Positions 36,532 to 50,055 of a DNA stretch of 64,000 bases are shown here, in pieces (the stretch's first letter is position 1; each line of letters starts with the position of its first letter). Origin of the DNA: Dimorphilus gyrociliatus. Lineage: Eukaryota; Animalia; Annelida. The notes under the pieces were generated by a model. The model saw nothing but the letters and a program-made list of their open reading frames with translations, was not told the DNA's origin and searched no databases. The position numbers and the translations under genes were made by a program. Where the stretch lies: the NCBI GenBank assembly GCA_904063045.1, contig CAJFCJ010000001.1:1178001-1242000 (forward strand). The letters are read 5' to 3'.

Positions 36532-38509
36532 TTATTCTGGTCCAAGAACCATCTGACCAGGGCCACCTCTCTTCATGTAACGACGATAGATTTTATATTT
36601 GTTACTTTCTGCAAGTTTCTGTTTTTCTTCTTCTTCTTTATTCTCTTTCCATTCCTAGAATATTTTTTATTTATTTCAAAAAAAATTCCTTTGTCGTTAT
36701 TAAAGTTTAATATTTCACCTGAAATTTTTCATCAATCCATAGTTCCATTCTATAGAAATCCTCTCTGTCATATTCTTCTAAAGCCTAATGATATTATATA
36801 TTATATTATAGACAGTAAAACTTAGTCAAACGATGATTTTAATTCTTAATTTATAAGTACATACATTCCATTTTCCTTCGGACAATTTCATATTTCTTCT
36901 AATAAGATATTCATGTTCCTCTCTTGTATATGGATTTCCACAGATATTGAACTTCCATATCCATCTTATATACCAAACGATGTACTGGAATGTATACCAA
37001 GGTAAAAGCGCCAATTGAAACCATAAAACATCTTTGATCGATGGTTTACTATAACTTCCTCTGAAAAATACGTGTGCTTAAATTGAATAGTCTAACGATC
37101 TGCTGTTATTACAAACTAGCCAAATCAATTTATATAGGTTTACGCACGTTGCTTTATTATAGTTTATTATCTAGTAAAATGTAATATATACTATAAAAAA
37201 TTATATGCCGTATGAAATTGCTACCGCTATTTAAAATTATACAATTATCTATTTTAAAATAAATAGCTACAGTATACAAATATAATATAAAGTTATATTT
37301 GCTTATAAACAAGTATTTAGCTCTTTTCAACTTTATTTGTATTATTCTAGAAAAAGTTCTAAAAACTCTCTTATATCAAAGAAATTGTGTAAATTTCTAG
37401 ATATTTACCTTATATCCATTTTTTCTGCAACGACTTTTCGTAGTACATTCTCTTCTTGTTCTCTTAATTCTTCTTTTGAAATTCCTCTCTGTTTTTTCTT
37501 ATTTGTCTCTAACATACCCTCTCTTTTTGCTATTTCCATTGCTTTTATCTTATATTTAGGATCTCTTGCAAAGTAATTTATGGCAGCATTATAATTATTC
37601 CATGAACTCCAATACTGTATCACAGATATGATTGTTATTGCAACGGCTATGACCAGTCGAACATCCACTTTAGGTGCTACACGAGTTCTGTAATATCTAT
37701 AGTAATGGTGGTAGTATTCATCTATAACAAAACAAACGATTTAGTTAAAAGGTCAAATGTGCCTGTTGTTCTGATGTACCTGGATTATCAAGCATATAAT
37801 CGTAATCTTTTCGCGATTCTTCATCTCGCAAAACCTAATGTAAAAATTTTCAATGACTTTACGATACTCGCACTTTCAATAAAGTGTTTTAATGATTTTG
37901 AAGTATGCAATGTGTTAAATATTGAAGAATCGACTGTTTGAACTTACTTCATAGGCCGTAGCAATTTTTCTGAACATTTCTTCAGCTAATACTTGCTTAT
38001 CTTGACTCTAAATTTGTAATATTATTTTACAAACAGTATAAAAAAGCATAAATATATATTTTAACAAACTTTTTTCCTATGCTTATCTGGATGCCATGTT
38101 TTAGCTAGTTTTCTATAGTTCCTACTGATTTCTTTCTGCATGATTGTCGAAAAACAAAAATATATGTTTGATTAGTTTTTAATAAATCTTAATTTAAATA
38201 ACAAGATATTACCGTATCTGAATCTCGCGTGACGCCCAAAACTAAAAAAAAGATAAAGTTGAGTTAAGACGTGGAAAAATGAACAAAGCGAATAAAAAGA
38301 TTCACTCGAAAATGAGACTATTTATTAAATAATTACATGTACATTTTATATATAAAACACACTCTTTACATAAAAATCTTACCATCGTAGCAATTGTCTC
38401 TTCCACAGTACAACCCCTCAATAAAACAAGTTACTTGTGGAAAGAAACTTAAAATTAAGAGAATTTGAATCAGCTTGTATAGGCCCATAGTAGTATCGTA
38501 GCTTCGCAT
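36532..38509 (-). CDS. DNAJC25: DnaJ homolog subfamily C member 25, multi-exon
   Basis: FIEGLYCGRDNCYDVLG, J-domain WHPD, YYRYYRTRVAPKVDVR and the C-terminal RGGPGQM. Confidence 0.92.
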
Positions 38510-38962
38510 ACGAGAATTGAAGCTTAATGATAGACTTACTCTTCTCAGCCACTAGAAAATCGATATCACAAAGAAATATCTTAAACAAACTGAAACACGT
38601 GGAAAAATATGTTCTGTTTTGTATAAGCTGTTTCATTACATAAATTTCAAAGCTATTATAATTTTTTTAGAATCTTTTCAATACTAAAACTGCAATTGTT
38701 CATTTATTCATGATAAGTAAAAATGAACATTTGCAAAATGTATATATACATATATATATAATACTAATAATTCTTCTACAGTTCTTTTTCAATAGAATAT
38801 TAATTATATTCCCAAATCTATTATTATTTGTGAAAAAAAGTGTTAAGAGAAGGAGAAAGTGTAAAAGAGAAAGAAGAACTACATAGTATAGTCAACTACT
38901 ATCACAGACGTTTTGTATACTTCAACTTAAAGAACAAGCAAGTACAGTATAGAAATTTGTGT

Positions 38963-39971
38963 TTAGTATTCTGCAGACCTTCGAACAGCTTTTAAAGCTT
39001 CTAACTTCCTATCAAACTCTTCCGGTGGAAAGCCGATAAATTTACTACGATATTCTGTGTCCCAGGCTGATGTTTGACGAGCTAAACGAGCCTTTTGGAG
39101 TTGAGATTCACGACAGAAGATATTGCGTCTGTCATTAAACAACGCTTTTTGACGTCTTTCCCAAAGTGGAATATCCTTTTCTTGTTGTTCATTATCGTGT
39201 ATAACTGCCTGACGTCTCTTTTGAGCCCTCAGAGCACTATCATAAATCTAGAAGCATCAATCGGTATTTATAATACAACATATTGGTTGTATTTAAAATA
39301 TATATGGAAACCCTTACTTGATCTGATGCTAGAACGTTGTAAGTTTTCTTTCTTCCTGTTTCGAGTTCACTATCTTTGTAGCCATATGCAATGAAAGGTT
39401 TAGATTGGATTTTAGGTTTAGTCGATAGCGATTTTGTTGGAGCTGAAGAAGGTTTTGGTACATACTTCGGAACTTTCTTAAATTTATAACCGATCTTCTT
39501 TTTGCTTTTCTCAGAAATGGCTCCTTCACTACCGTTTGTTAGAGTGCTTTTCAATGAGAGAAATAGGTTTAAATCAATTTTTAAACTTAATTATTCTCAT
39601 TTATATATTTACCGATTGCTGGTTTGAATTTCTTTCTCTTCGTATCTAGTCTTGGCATTCGAATTGGTATTTGTTGCTCTTTCAATAGATTTTAGGTTTA
39701 CTTTCAGTTCATCCTTTTGCTTTTTTTTAAACTTTTCTACCAACTTTTCATGTCTGAAAATGTGTACAGGAGCTGTACTCGGTCTTGGCGTCATTGAAGG
39801 GGTTTCATCTTCATCTTCCGATGATTGCCAATGAAACACATCTGAATTATGCGAGCTCTCCTTAAGACGACGACATATGCGATAATCTGACAAACTGACG
39901 TAGGTCTCAGGCTGAAGCCTGGGACGAAAAGCCCGCCTATATTCGGTTTTACTGGGAGAATGTTGTACCAT
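38963..39971 (-). CDS. CCSAP: Centriole, cilia and spindle-associated protein-like, 3 exons
   Basis: KTEYRRAF..YRICRRL, PFIAYGY...GRKKTYNVLAS-IYDSALRAQKRRQ and AWDTEYRSKF match the CCSAP blocks. Confidence 0.75.
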
Positions 39972-40117
39972 TCTCAGTATTAACAAGTTTCGACCTGTAT
40001 ACCAGTTTTTCGGTTACCCCACACACGAAATATTCTTAGTCACAAACTCGGTGCATTCGTATTGTAGTTTATTCGAATGAAGCAATACTAAACAACTGAT
40101 TGATCAAAAGAGACGTA

Positions 40118-40793
40118 ATGAACGTTTTGGACTGCCCAATTAATTCTGTAAGCGAATTTCCTCTAATTTTGTATTGAAAATGATAAAGTGATTATTTTTA
40201 TAGGCACACCAACAAGAACGAAAAGCTGATTCCCTCATAAACTATAAAAAATACGAAAGAGCTATTGAATGCTTAGACAAAGCGATTTGTTAGTAATACT
40301 CTTATGATTCAACATAAATGATTTTTCTCTTCGGGATCTCTTTTCAGATTTTATAGATCAAGCATCAGCTAGAACGAAAGTAAGAGACGTCCTAACTTCT
40401 TTAAAACTCCAAAAAGAATCCCTGCAAAGAAGGAAAAGAACTGTTCTTCAATTAGATGAAGAGAGCAGACGATCCTCTTCGCCGTGTTCAAGCACTGGAA
40501 GTGATCAGACAGATGACGTAAGCGAAGATGTGTTGCAAACCTTGTACGATTGTGACACACTATTAGCTGAGTTAGTACAAAGGCAAGGCTGTACTGTTCC
40601 ACCAATAAGACCCCTACCCAATGGAATGAATACCTCTAAAGTATTGGAAGAGTTACATATGCATAATGCTGCCCTACAAAAACATGTCCGAATGCTATTA
40701 GATGAAAGTGGTGAGAAGGATCGACAACTGAAACATTACAAACTCTTGAATCAACAACTTGAACAGAAACTGCATCAAATGGATTTAAAATAA
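40118..40793 (+). CDS. NRBF2: Nuclear receptor-binding factor 2 (PI3KC3-C1 subunit), 3 exons
   Basis: MIT-like N-terminus PINSAHQQERKADSL..YERAIEC, SLKLQKES, and a C-terminal coiled coil (LEELHMHNAALQKHV). Confidence 0.82.
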
Positions 40794-41212
40794 GCCAATT
40801 TGCACTTGATAAATTAAGAATGATCTATATATTTCGGTGCTTTACACTCACTATTAAAGATTATTTTAAAAAGGTTGATCGCAGATCTACTCAAACTTTT
40901 ATTCCAGCACATTTTTGTGATTTACTTATGTATTAAGTAGTTTTTTTAAGATTAGCGTCAAAATCAATCTATTGTACGTTCAAACCGTATACGAGTAATT
41001 TTTTGTTTATGCAATCGATGCTTTATAAATTAATAAATCTTTTTTCGCTATCAGGATTCCCAAATGTATTAATAAGAAAACTAATAACTTTCAAATAGAT
41101 GAACATTTCAGTTATACCTTATAAACCCGATAAACAAAACGGCGTTATTGCCCTATATTAGATATGACAAAATATTTACGACACTTTTTCAAGCATGTGT
41201 CTATTTTCAAGC

Positions 41213-42918
41213 CTAGTTTCCGTATTTTTTAAAGCATGAAATGACATCTTCAACGTCCTCCTTCGATCCAAGGAATATTGGGCTTCTTTGATGGATTGTT
41301 TCCGGCTGAATATCCAAAATATTACCAGTTCCGGTGGTTGCTAAGCCTCCTGCTTGTTCCATAATGAATGCCATTGGGTTGCATTCGTACAAAAGACGAA
41401 GTTTTCCATTTGGAGTTTCAGTTGTTGCAGGGTACGCAAAGATACCGCCGTAGCATAAAGTTCTGTGGACATCAGCAACCATAGAGCCAATGTACCTAGC
41501 TCCGTAGGGCTTGCCGCTCTGACAGTAAAATTAATATTAATTAGAGAATACTTTAAACTTTTTCATTTAACTTACAGCTGGTTTTTTCTTGCTATCAATG
41601 TACTTTTTTACTGGTTCTTGCCAAAGAGCAGAATATCCTTCATTAAGGGAGTAAATTTTTCCTTTTGGCTTAATACGAATATTTCTTTCGGTCAAAATAA
41701 ATTCTCCGATAGACTGAAAGTACACAAATTAAAACTATTTAATAATCAACATGAACATTTATATCGTACCGGATCCAACATAAAACCATTGACACCATTT
41801 CCGACACTTAATACTAACATGGTAGCACTACCATATAAGCAATAGCCCGATGCAATGATTTGTCTACCTGGCTGTAAAGCATCTTTAATATTAGCCGCTC
41901 CATCGCTAATCTATAAAAGAGAATATTTATATAAAAATTCAATATATGTTTATGTTGATAATTTAAACAACTCACCTTCTTGTAGATGGCAAAAATAGTT
42001 CCAATAGAAACCAGACAGTCAATGTTAGAAGATCCATCGAGTGGGTCAAAACAAACAACGTACTTTCCCTAAAATTTACAAAATTTATCATTAACAGTTT
42101 AATTTTATATAGATTAGTCAATAGAACACAGGCTAGAGGCATTCATGAAAAATAAAGGTTGTGGATATTACTAATTACACGAGACGTTAGCAAGAAAAGT
42201 TGTAACGACTTTAATCACACTCTTTATATGACAACATGTACTTACCACCGGTCCCTATAAGGACAAAGATAAAGCATATTAAAAAGAGCATCACGTGATC
42301 GGTCGACAGTGTTTATTGGTTTAGATAGTAAATTCTTTGTTTCCAGGTTAAATAGAGTATAATTACTTGTATTCATTAGCCAATTAACTATGAAACTTAT
42401 ATTTACCTGTTTATCTGATTCAACCTCAATAACTTTTTCGTTCTCCTCACTGACCATAAGACATGTAGTGTAACTAGATCTCAGCATGTTGATGAATAGG
42501 TCATTGGAAAGGACATCCAATTTCTTTACATCTTCTCCTTGAACATTCGTAGAACCAGCCATACCATATCTGAAAACGGGTGCAATAATTAAAAATTTTT
42601 GCAAATAAAGTCGAATATGACCGGCTTGGCTTATGCATTGCTTTCAGAATTGCAGAACTGTGCATTACAACATCTTCGATCTCACAAAGATATTATTATT
42701 ATGCACTTAAAGTTATGCATTGGAAGCTAATATTATTCTTACAATTTGGCAATTCCGGCTTTTCTTACAGCTGTTGAAATGGCTTTGCAAGCCGTACATA
42801 TTGCTGTCATTAATTGCGTTAAATCTCCAGTAGCATGAGGATGTTTTCTTTGTTCCGCTAGTAAATAACGGGTCAAAGTCATACAGTCAGTATCAATACC
42901 AGAAGAAGTTCCTGCCAT
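41213..42918 (-). CDS. FBP1: Fructose-1,6-bisphosphatase class 1, multi-exon
   Basis: [57 protein letters not shown] and [14 protein letters not shown]. Confidence 0.96.
42246..42254 (-). other. Candidate 9-nt microexon (Gly-Pro-Val) in FBPase
   Basis: atgctttatctttgtccttatag|GGACCGGTG|gtaagt, phase 0-0. Flanking introns are 152 and 177 nt. Confidence 0.7.
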
Positions 42919-44009
42919 TTTTAGTGTGTTCTCTTCAGCGGCTGACGTAGAGGTGAACTAAGCAAAAAAAGTAGAGGACGTTGACGGTCAAGGTCGTTTA
43001 ATGCCAATCGATCTCGTGATCGTTTTCAAAAAGTTCAACAATAAGATAGCAGCACGACTTCTTGCTTTTATCACATTAAAGCTTATTTTACGTATAATAA
43101 AAAAAGGCTATATAAACTAAACTCATTTTAAGTATAAAGTCAATAAATAGCTTACAAATGAAAAAAGACCTTTTGAGCTCTGGGCAAAATTTAAATGATG
43201 GTTATATCTTTGACTCTCTTTGTACATACCATCATTAGTTGTTTATGGAAGTATTGATGGATAATTAATATTTTTAAAGCTTCAAATTAGCAGATGGTAT
43301 ATTTTACCAGTATAAAATGGGATAAAATTTGTTATATATTAATAAATGCTGTGAATTCGACTTTTTGATAAAGATCATATAACAGATAGGGTCTATTGAT
43401 TTGCATTATGTCAAAAATGTAGAAGTTTATATTACCAATAAGTGTTGAATATCTTACAAGGTAATGTATAGAGGTGCATTGACATTAGAAAAAGTCAATT
43501 TCTTAATCCAAAAATATGTGTTTTCAGTATAAAGGCATTATACTTAGTGATTTATAAACATTACAACTTTGTAAATGAATACATTAGCTTTATTAAATCA
43601 TATTCCAGTTGTAAAAATATTTACTCTATTTCAAAACCTGATTCCAAACTTTTTCATTCAGACCAAACAGGTTTAGCTAATATATAAAATTCAAATTGTA
43701 AAACGTATATGATAAAAGTGAATTTAAGTAAAATCTATAATTTGTCGCTTGATATTATGAATAATTAAATTATTGACTACTGCTTGATAATGAATTGGTA
43801 AATACTCATATGTTTTTTTTTACGAAAACAACTTTAGTTGGTGTTTATCACGCCGTAGCAGCAATCTTGAACATTCCAATATTTTCCGACTTGTAAATAC
43901 AACTTCTATTTCAAATTAATTATTGACTCATTTTAAGGATATATTAAACACTCAGGAATTATTAGATAATTGGATAAAATGCAATAAATAAACTTATCAT
44001 ACTCGCGGA

Positions 44010-47000
44010 ATGCCGAAAACTGAGGAGAAAACTAAACGTGAGCTATGGTATTTAATTTTGGCCGTTTAATCCCTTTATGTGTTGTATTATAGAGAGAAAA
44101 AATTGGAATAAGTCTGATTTGCACATAAGTCTACCATCGACAGGCGAAAATGATCTAGAGGTAAATTATAGATAAATTAAGATTGTTAGAGAAATACGAA
44201 TTGTTGTAGTTTATATCTATAATTATGTCATCGCAGATTATACGATTAACTTTTTTATTTCTGTTAACAATAAATATAAGTCCAAATATAAATAATAGCA
44301 AAGCAATCATTCTTTAAAAAAGTTTTAAATTTCGAATAAATGATAATTGATTTCGTATTTTCTGTTTTATAGGCGAGACAAGATGTTGATCCTAACTATG
44401 AAGGATATTTGCTGGCATTGCAAGATAAGAACAGGTTATAAAACATACTACTATTTAAGTTAGAAGATGATGTAGTAAAATTTGCATTCAGAGTTCTCAA
44501 GACCCTTAGAGAAAAGGATGAAGATCAAAAAGAATTAGAGAGAAAAGAGCAAGGATTTACTCTCTATCTAAATGGCGCAAACGCACAGAGGAGGCGATCA
44601 TCGCCGTCTAGAAGAACCGTTATTAATCCAGGTAGACATGATTAGTATTTTCTAAGTAAACTTTAAGTTATTTGAAATTCTCTACAGCGTATGTTCGTTA
44701 TCCCCGTAAGTTAACTATTAGAGATAATTTACAACCTAACTAGTATTGGTGATCAGATTTAGTCAATGATAATTTATCTATTCCAGTTTCTCTTTATGAT
44801 TATAATCCAATAATTCTCTCTCCTATTAGATCTTTATTAAAGTTATATAGTATTCAATACAATGTACTGTTCCTATTCAATTATTCATTTATACTTTATA
44901 GATGCAATAGACTCAAAAGAAATTAAAACAAAGCCAACAATTCACAAAACAAAGAGACGTAGATGGAATGCTGCTTCTTTCAACATTCAAACTCAACGAG
45001 GAGAAAAAGTCAATGTTAAAGGACCTGGTCTGTTTTAATATTAGCGTAATATTTAAATATATTAATTGTTTGCATAAACTAATAGAAGCTCAATATGAAG
45101 ACGATTTTGATACCTGTTCAGAGGACGAAGAGAATCAAATGAGCTTGAAAATGAGTGTTAAAGACGTTAAGGTTTTCAATTATTTATATTTAAACAAAAC
45201 ATATAAATTGATCGAATCAGCTGATTATTGTATAATTTAGGAGGTACATAGAAAAAATATAAAAATATTTATATAAATAAACGTGATATAACCAAGTTAG
45301 TTCCTTCTGCCTCCCCCTTCCATTAATCATGCTATTTACTATTAAATTCCATTCAATTGAAACCAATTGTTTAAAAGCAAATTTACTACTCATTATTTAC
45401 AATGAATAATATTTAACTATTTAACAATAAACACTTTTTTATAAATAGAAACTTAGAAGAAGCCTGGAAATGAATAAGAGTATAAGGGATAGTTTAGCTC
45501 TACATTATATTGAATCGGATTCTGATGAGATTCCTGAGGAAATTCCTGAAGAGAATGATGAAATATGTCGCGAAGATAGTAGGTCAAAGTCTAGAGAAAA
45601 TGAAAAAGATATATTTGTATTAGAATTTGATAAACCTAAGAGCAGTAAGCTACTCTACTATTTAGTTTTATATTTATCGAGCTTTTAATGTCAACTTTAT
45701 ATTTTATAGAAAAAGTCTCCCTAAAAAAAACTGAGTTAGAACCTAAACACTCTGTTCAAAAGAGTAGACTAGGTAAAGTAAAAGGTGGAAAATCATTAGA
45801 AGGTACTTCGGAGTCAAAAGTCAATGCATCGTCAGTTTTTCGAGCTATGCAGGAAGAGAATAAAAAATTTGAAAGTTCCCGAATAAAAAATCTCACTAAA
45901 TCAAACGACGAGAGCAGAGATCATAAGCTAGGGGACAGAGAAGAAAAGCGTAGAATGAGCAATGAGACTGACTATCATACAATTATTGAAAGGGTTTTAG
46001 AAATGGATCCCTTTAAACAAAAGAAGTTATTACAAGCTTTAGAAGAGATTGAATCAGGGTTCAAGACTCCCGCTGTGCAATCTAGTTTTGATTCTTTTTC
46101 TAAATGTATCAAATTAAAAATTTTATCGAATTGGGGAGATTTTAGAGTTGGGTTAACCGAAATTGAATTGTTAAAGGAAAATGAGAAAATCCCTATTGAT
46201 AGTATTAGTGTGTTAAAGGCAAGAACTGAAAATGGAAATATCAGTAATCTAATCAACGGAAGGTTCAGAACAGTTAAAGAAAAGCACATGTGGAGTTGTT
46301 TGATGAGTGACGATGAAGAAAAATATCCTGTAATTGAGATAGAATGTAATGAAATACCAGACAAAATGAAAATATGGAATTATAACAAATCGCTGGCCGA
46401 AATATCGACAGGCGTCAAAGAAATTTTAGTGTCCTATGATGAACAAATTTTATTTCAAGGAATTATAGAAAAAGGATGTGGCAATCAAGTATTCGACTAT
46501 GGTCAAACAATTATCCTCAGTAACCCATCGTCTACACCGACTGTTGATAGAGTTAGTATGTTTGAGGCAGAGGATGATGAACATCCTAGGTGTGAAACAA
46601 GAGTTTTGGAGAAAGTTCCAAGGCAAGATATTCCTGTAATTGATAACGAATCAACAAGAATCAGGGGGAAGAAGAAAAAGAGTGTTGCTGCTCTTATTAA
46701 AGCTCGAAAATCAAAAATGAATAATGACGATTCCAAAATGGATATTGTTAAAAACGAGGATGAAAAAAAAATCGAAGAACCGAAGGAAAAAATTGATTCT
46801 ATATTATCAGCAAGGTAAAAGTTGCATTATTGGTATTTGTCCAGCTAGGGTGATCTTGCTTAACTATTAAATTTTTTGCAAATAGCTTAGAATCTCTTGG
46901 CTGTGTTTTTTTAGTTCTTAGAAATTTTGTTGAATTTAGTTTTACAGTGCATGATCACCCGGATAGAAAGCTCTTCAATCAATAATTTGTCATTTTCTAT

Positions 47001-50000
47001 ACTTTCTCGATTTCGTGCTTTCAGCGATAGCAATCTTCCAGCTCAAACACCTCGACCTGCATGGCTTAATTCTTCAATGTAATATAATATTCGAATTAAA
47101 TTGTATAAAAATGAATTCAAAACAGTTAAAGTTTTGCTAAAATTGAAGTGAATTTTATAGGGAAAAGCCTAAGTCGGCAGAAAAATTGATTGAGGTCATT
47201 CAAAAGAAGCAATCTCCTCCTCAAACTTCTATTCCTACTCAAACAACCACTTCAACAATGTAAATCGATTTCAGAGCACTTTTATTCAAAATTTATGATT
47301 TATTACAATTCTTATTTCAGTGAAGAGAGCTCTGCTGTACCTAAAAATAAAGAAAGCGTACCTCTATGGCTGAAAAATGATATGGCAAATGCATTGACTG
47401 AAAAAGAGATGCAATTGGAAGACGAAGTTTGTTTAAAACTTTCACAATCTTTTCCTATTGTAATAGCGACCATGATACACAGATTTTGGAAAACTGGCCG
47501 GTTGCTGGAAGAGCTAATTTACCTACCCTTTTGGATGAAGAAGCCAGTAGATTAACTCCTCCACCATCTTTTGGAAGACGTTCTAGGACTCCTGATATAG
47601 GTATGTTCACATTAGTTCTTATTATGAATAATCTTCTAAAACTTATTTTGTTTATTCAAAAGGTGCTGAAGATGAGGCAATAAGATTATCTAAAGCACAA
47701 GAGGCATCTTCTAGACCCAGTTCAAAGATGTCACAAATCGCACAAGCTCATGCCCAAAAACGCCGTGATTTAGATTTAGAACGATCACTCACATCGCTAA
47801 ATTGGTTTGATCGCTCCCAAAAAGGGAGAATATCAATGGATATTCAAAGTATTCTATATACTATTGTAGAAAAATTTTTTAAATATCCCTGGCTAATTTA
47901 TATTCAATTTGAATTGCAGATGATTCTCTAGATACCTGCATTCAACCTGCAAGAGCACCGAGCACAGTCAAAGAAGAAGAAGATGATCCCGAATTTAACA
48001 TTGATATACCAGAAGATAAGGGACCAAGTGGTCTATCTGATGACGAAGAAGATTTCATAATACCCGAATTACCGTATGGTTCTGAGATTGTTATTGATAT
48101 TCTATCGACATGGGGAGATAGACATTATGTTGGAATGACTGGTATAGAACTTTTCACCGACAACGGAGATATGCCAACCATAGCCAAAATAGAAGCAGAA
48201 CCATCTGATATAAATGTATTAGAAGAGTATAGTGATGATCCAAGAGTAGTTTCCAACTTGGTTGATGGAATCAACAGAACAAAGGACGACACTCACATGT
48301 GGCTAGCTCCTTTCAAGGATGGAGAAAGGTCTGTATAATAAATAATGAAGTACAAACAAACAAAATTCGAAATTTGTTTCTTTAGACACCTTGTTCGGAT
48401 AATTCTAAGACATCCTTGCCGTTTAGCTCTCTTTCGAATATGGAATTATAATAAAAGTCGAATTCACACAAGTCGTGGAATTCGTCACGTTTCCATATCG
48501 TTTGACAAAAATTTAATATTTAAAGGAGAGATTGCCAGAGCTTGCGGTGGAACATCAGGAGCTCCGTATCAATTTGGCGACACTATTCTTTTCACAACAA
48601 ACGACGATGTCTTGGAGAAAGTTGCCTTACATGATGAAGCCTTTGAGGAGGAAGATGATACTGTAGACGCATCATTCGATGAACAAAGACCACGAACTGC
48701 AGAAGATGACGAGCGACCCTTGACTCGAGCCTCAAATAGATCAGTCCATCAGGTAATGTACTTTATTGAGTTGATAATAAAATAAATTAGTTTATTCTAA
48801 AACATGAATAGAAGGCTGAAAGTACTCATGAAGAAGTATATAGGGCATCGAAGATTAAAATTAATTTACTAGATACTTGGGGAGATCCGTATTATATTGG
48901 ATTAACTGGAATAGAGCTGTTTGATAATAATGGAGATGTGATACCTGTTGATTGCTCGATGTTGGAATCTGATCCAAAAGACGTTAGAGAGCTACCTGGT
49001 CATGAAGATGATTTACGAACCATTGATAAATTGGTTAACGGAATAAATGTTACTACAGATGATCAATATATGTGGTTAGCTCCTTTTACATCAGGAGAAA
49101 ATCATTACGTCACAATTAATTTACCTTCATCGAGAGAATTATGTGGTATTAGAATTTGGAACTATAATAAGTCATTGGATGATACTTATAGAGGAGTCAA
49201 GTAAGTGAAAATCTATTAATTTTCGCCCCCCTCCAAGCCAATTTACAAATGCTTTTTCATCATTTTGATAGATGTATGAAAATAGAATTAGACGGTCGGG
49301 ATATCTCACCACCAGGAGGTGTTTTAATAAGAAAAGGTCCAGGACAGACTTGCTTTGATTTCGTCCAGGAAGTTCTTTTTAAGAAGGCTCCCCCCAAACC
49401 AGTTTCTAATGCTTTCACATCGAATTGTAGAGAATTACTTCCTAGTGGTTTTATTGTAAAATTGCACCTACTTTCAACTTGGGGAGATGCTTACTATGTT
49501 GGCCTTGATAAAATAGCTCTATTTGACGAGGGTGGGAAAGCTGTTGAACTTAAAGAGTATAATGTAACTGCTCATCCTCATAGTGTTAACGTGTTGCCTA
49601 ATGTACAAAATGATGTCAGAACTCCGGAAAAGTTGATTGATGGTACTTATGATCACAGCCATTCGTGGTTAGCCCCGATTCTGCCTTCAGAGCTTAATAA
49701 GCTGTTTATCATCCTTGACCAACCAGTTACATTTAGCAAGATTCATTTATGGAACTATTCAAAGTCGCCTTCGAGGGGCGTAAAGGATTTTGCGATTTAT
49801 GTCGACGACTTTGTAGTTTATACTGGAACGCTAGAAAGAAGTTTTAAAAGTGGAATATTGCCCAACAGCGATATCATGCCAAGACCGCACATCGTTACGC
49901 TTAGTACATCGTCGCCATCTAGTGGGAAGCACGGACAAAATGTTCAGTTGATGAATGACAGAACAATTGTTAATTCAGCAAAGTCAGAAAGATTTTCAAA

Positions 50001-50055
50001 AGCTGATCAAAGCCTTCGACCAACGACTAGTCTAACATCTGGTCGAAGGCGTTAA
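44010..50055 (+). CDS. KATNIP: Katanin-interacting protein (KIAA0556/JBTS26), many exons
   Basis: YLLALQDKNRVLKTL..EQGFTLYLNGAN and four DUF4457-type repeats (STWGD..VGLTGIELF...WNYNKS). Confidence 0.88.
44688..44705 (+). other. 18-nt microexon in KATNIP
   Basis: tctctacag|CGTATGTTCGTTATCCCC|gtaagt, phase 1-1 and frame-preserving. Confidence 0.65.

Noticed and set aside
14304-41641. ATATCCTT words resembling U12 donors (~14304, 27555, 39172, 41633)
   Set aside because: They fall in coding sequence, UTR or the non-transcribed strand. All introns I reconstructed are GT-AG U2-type.
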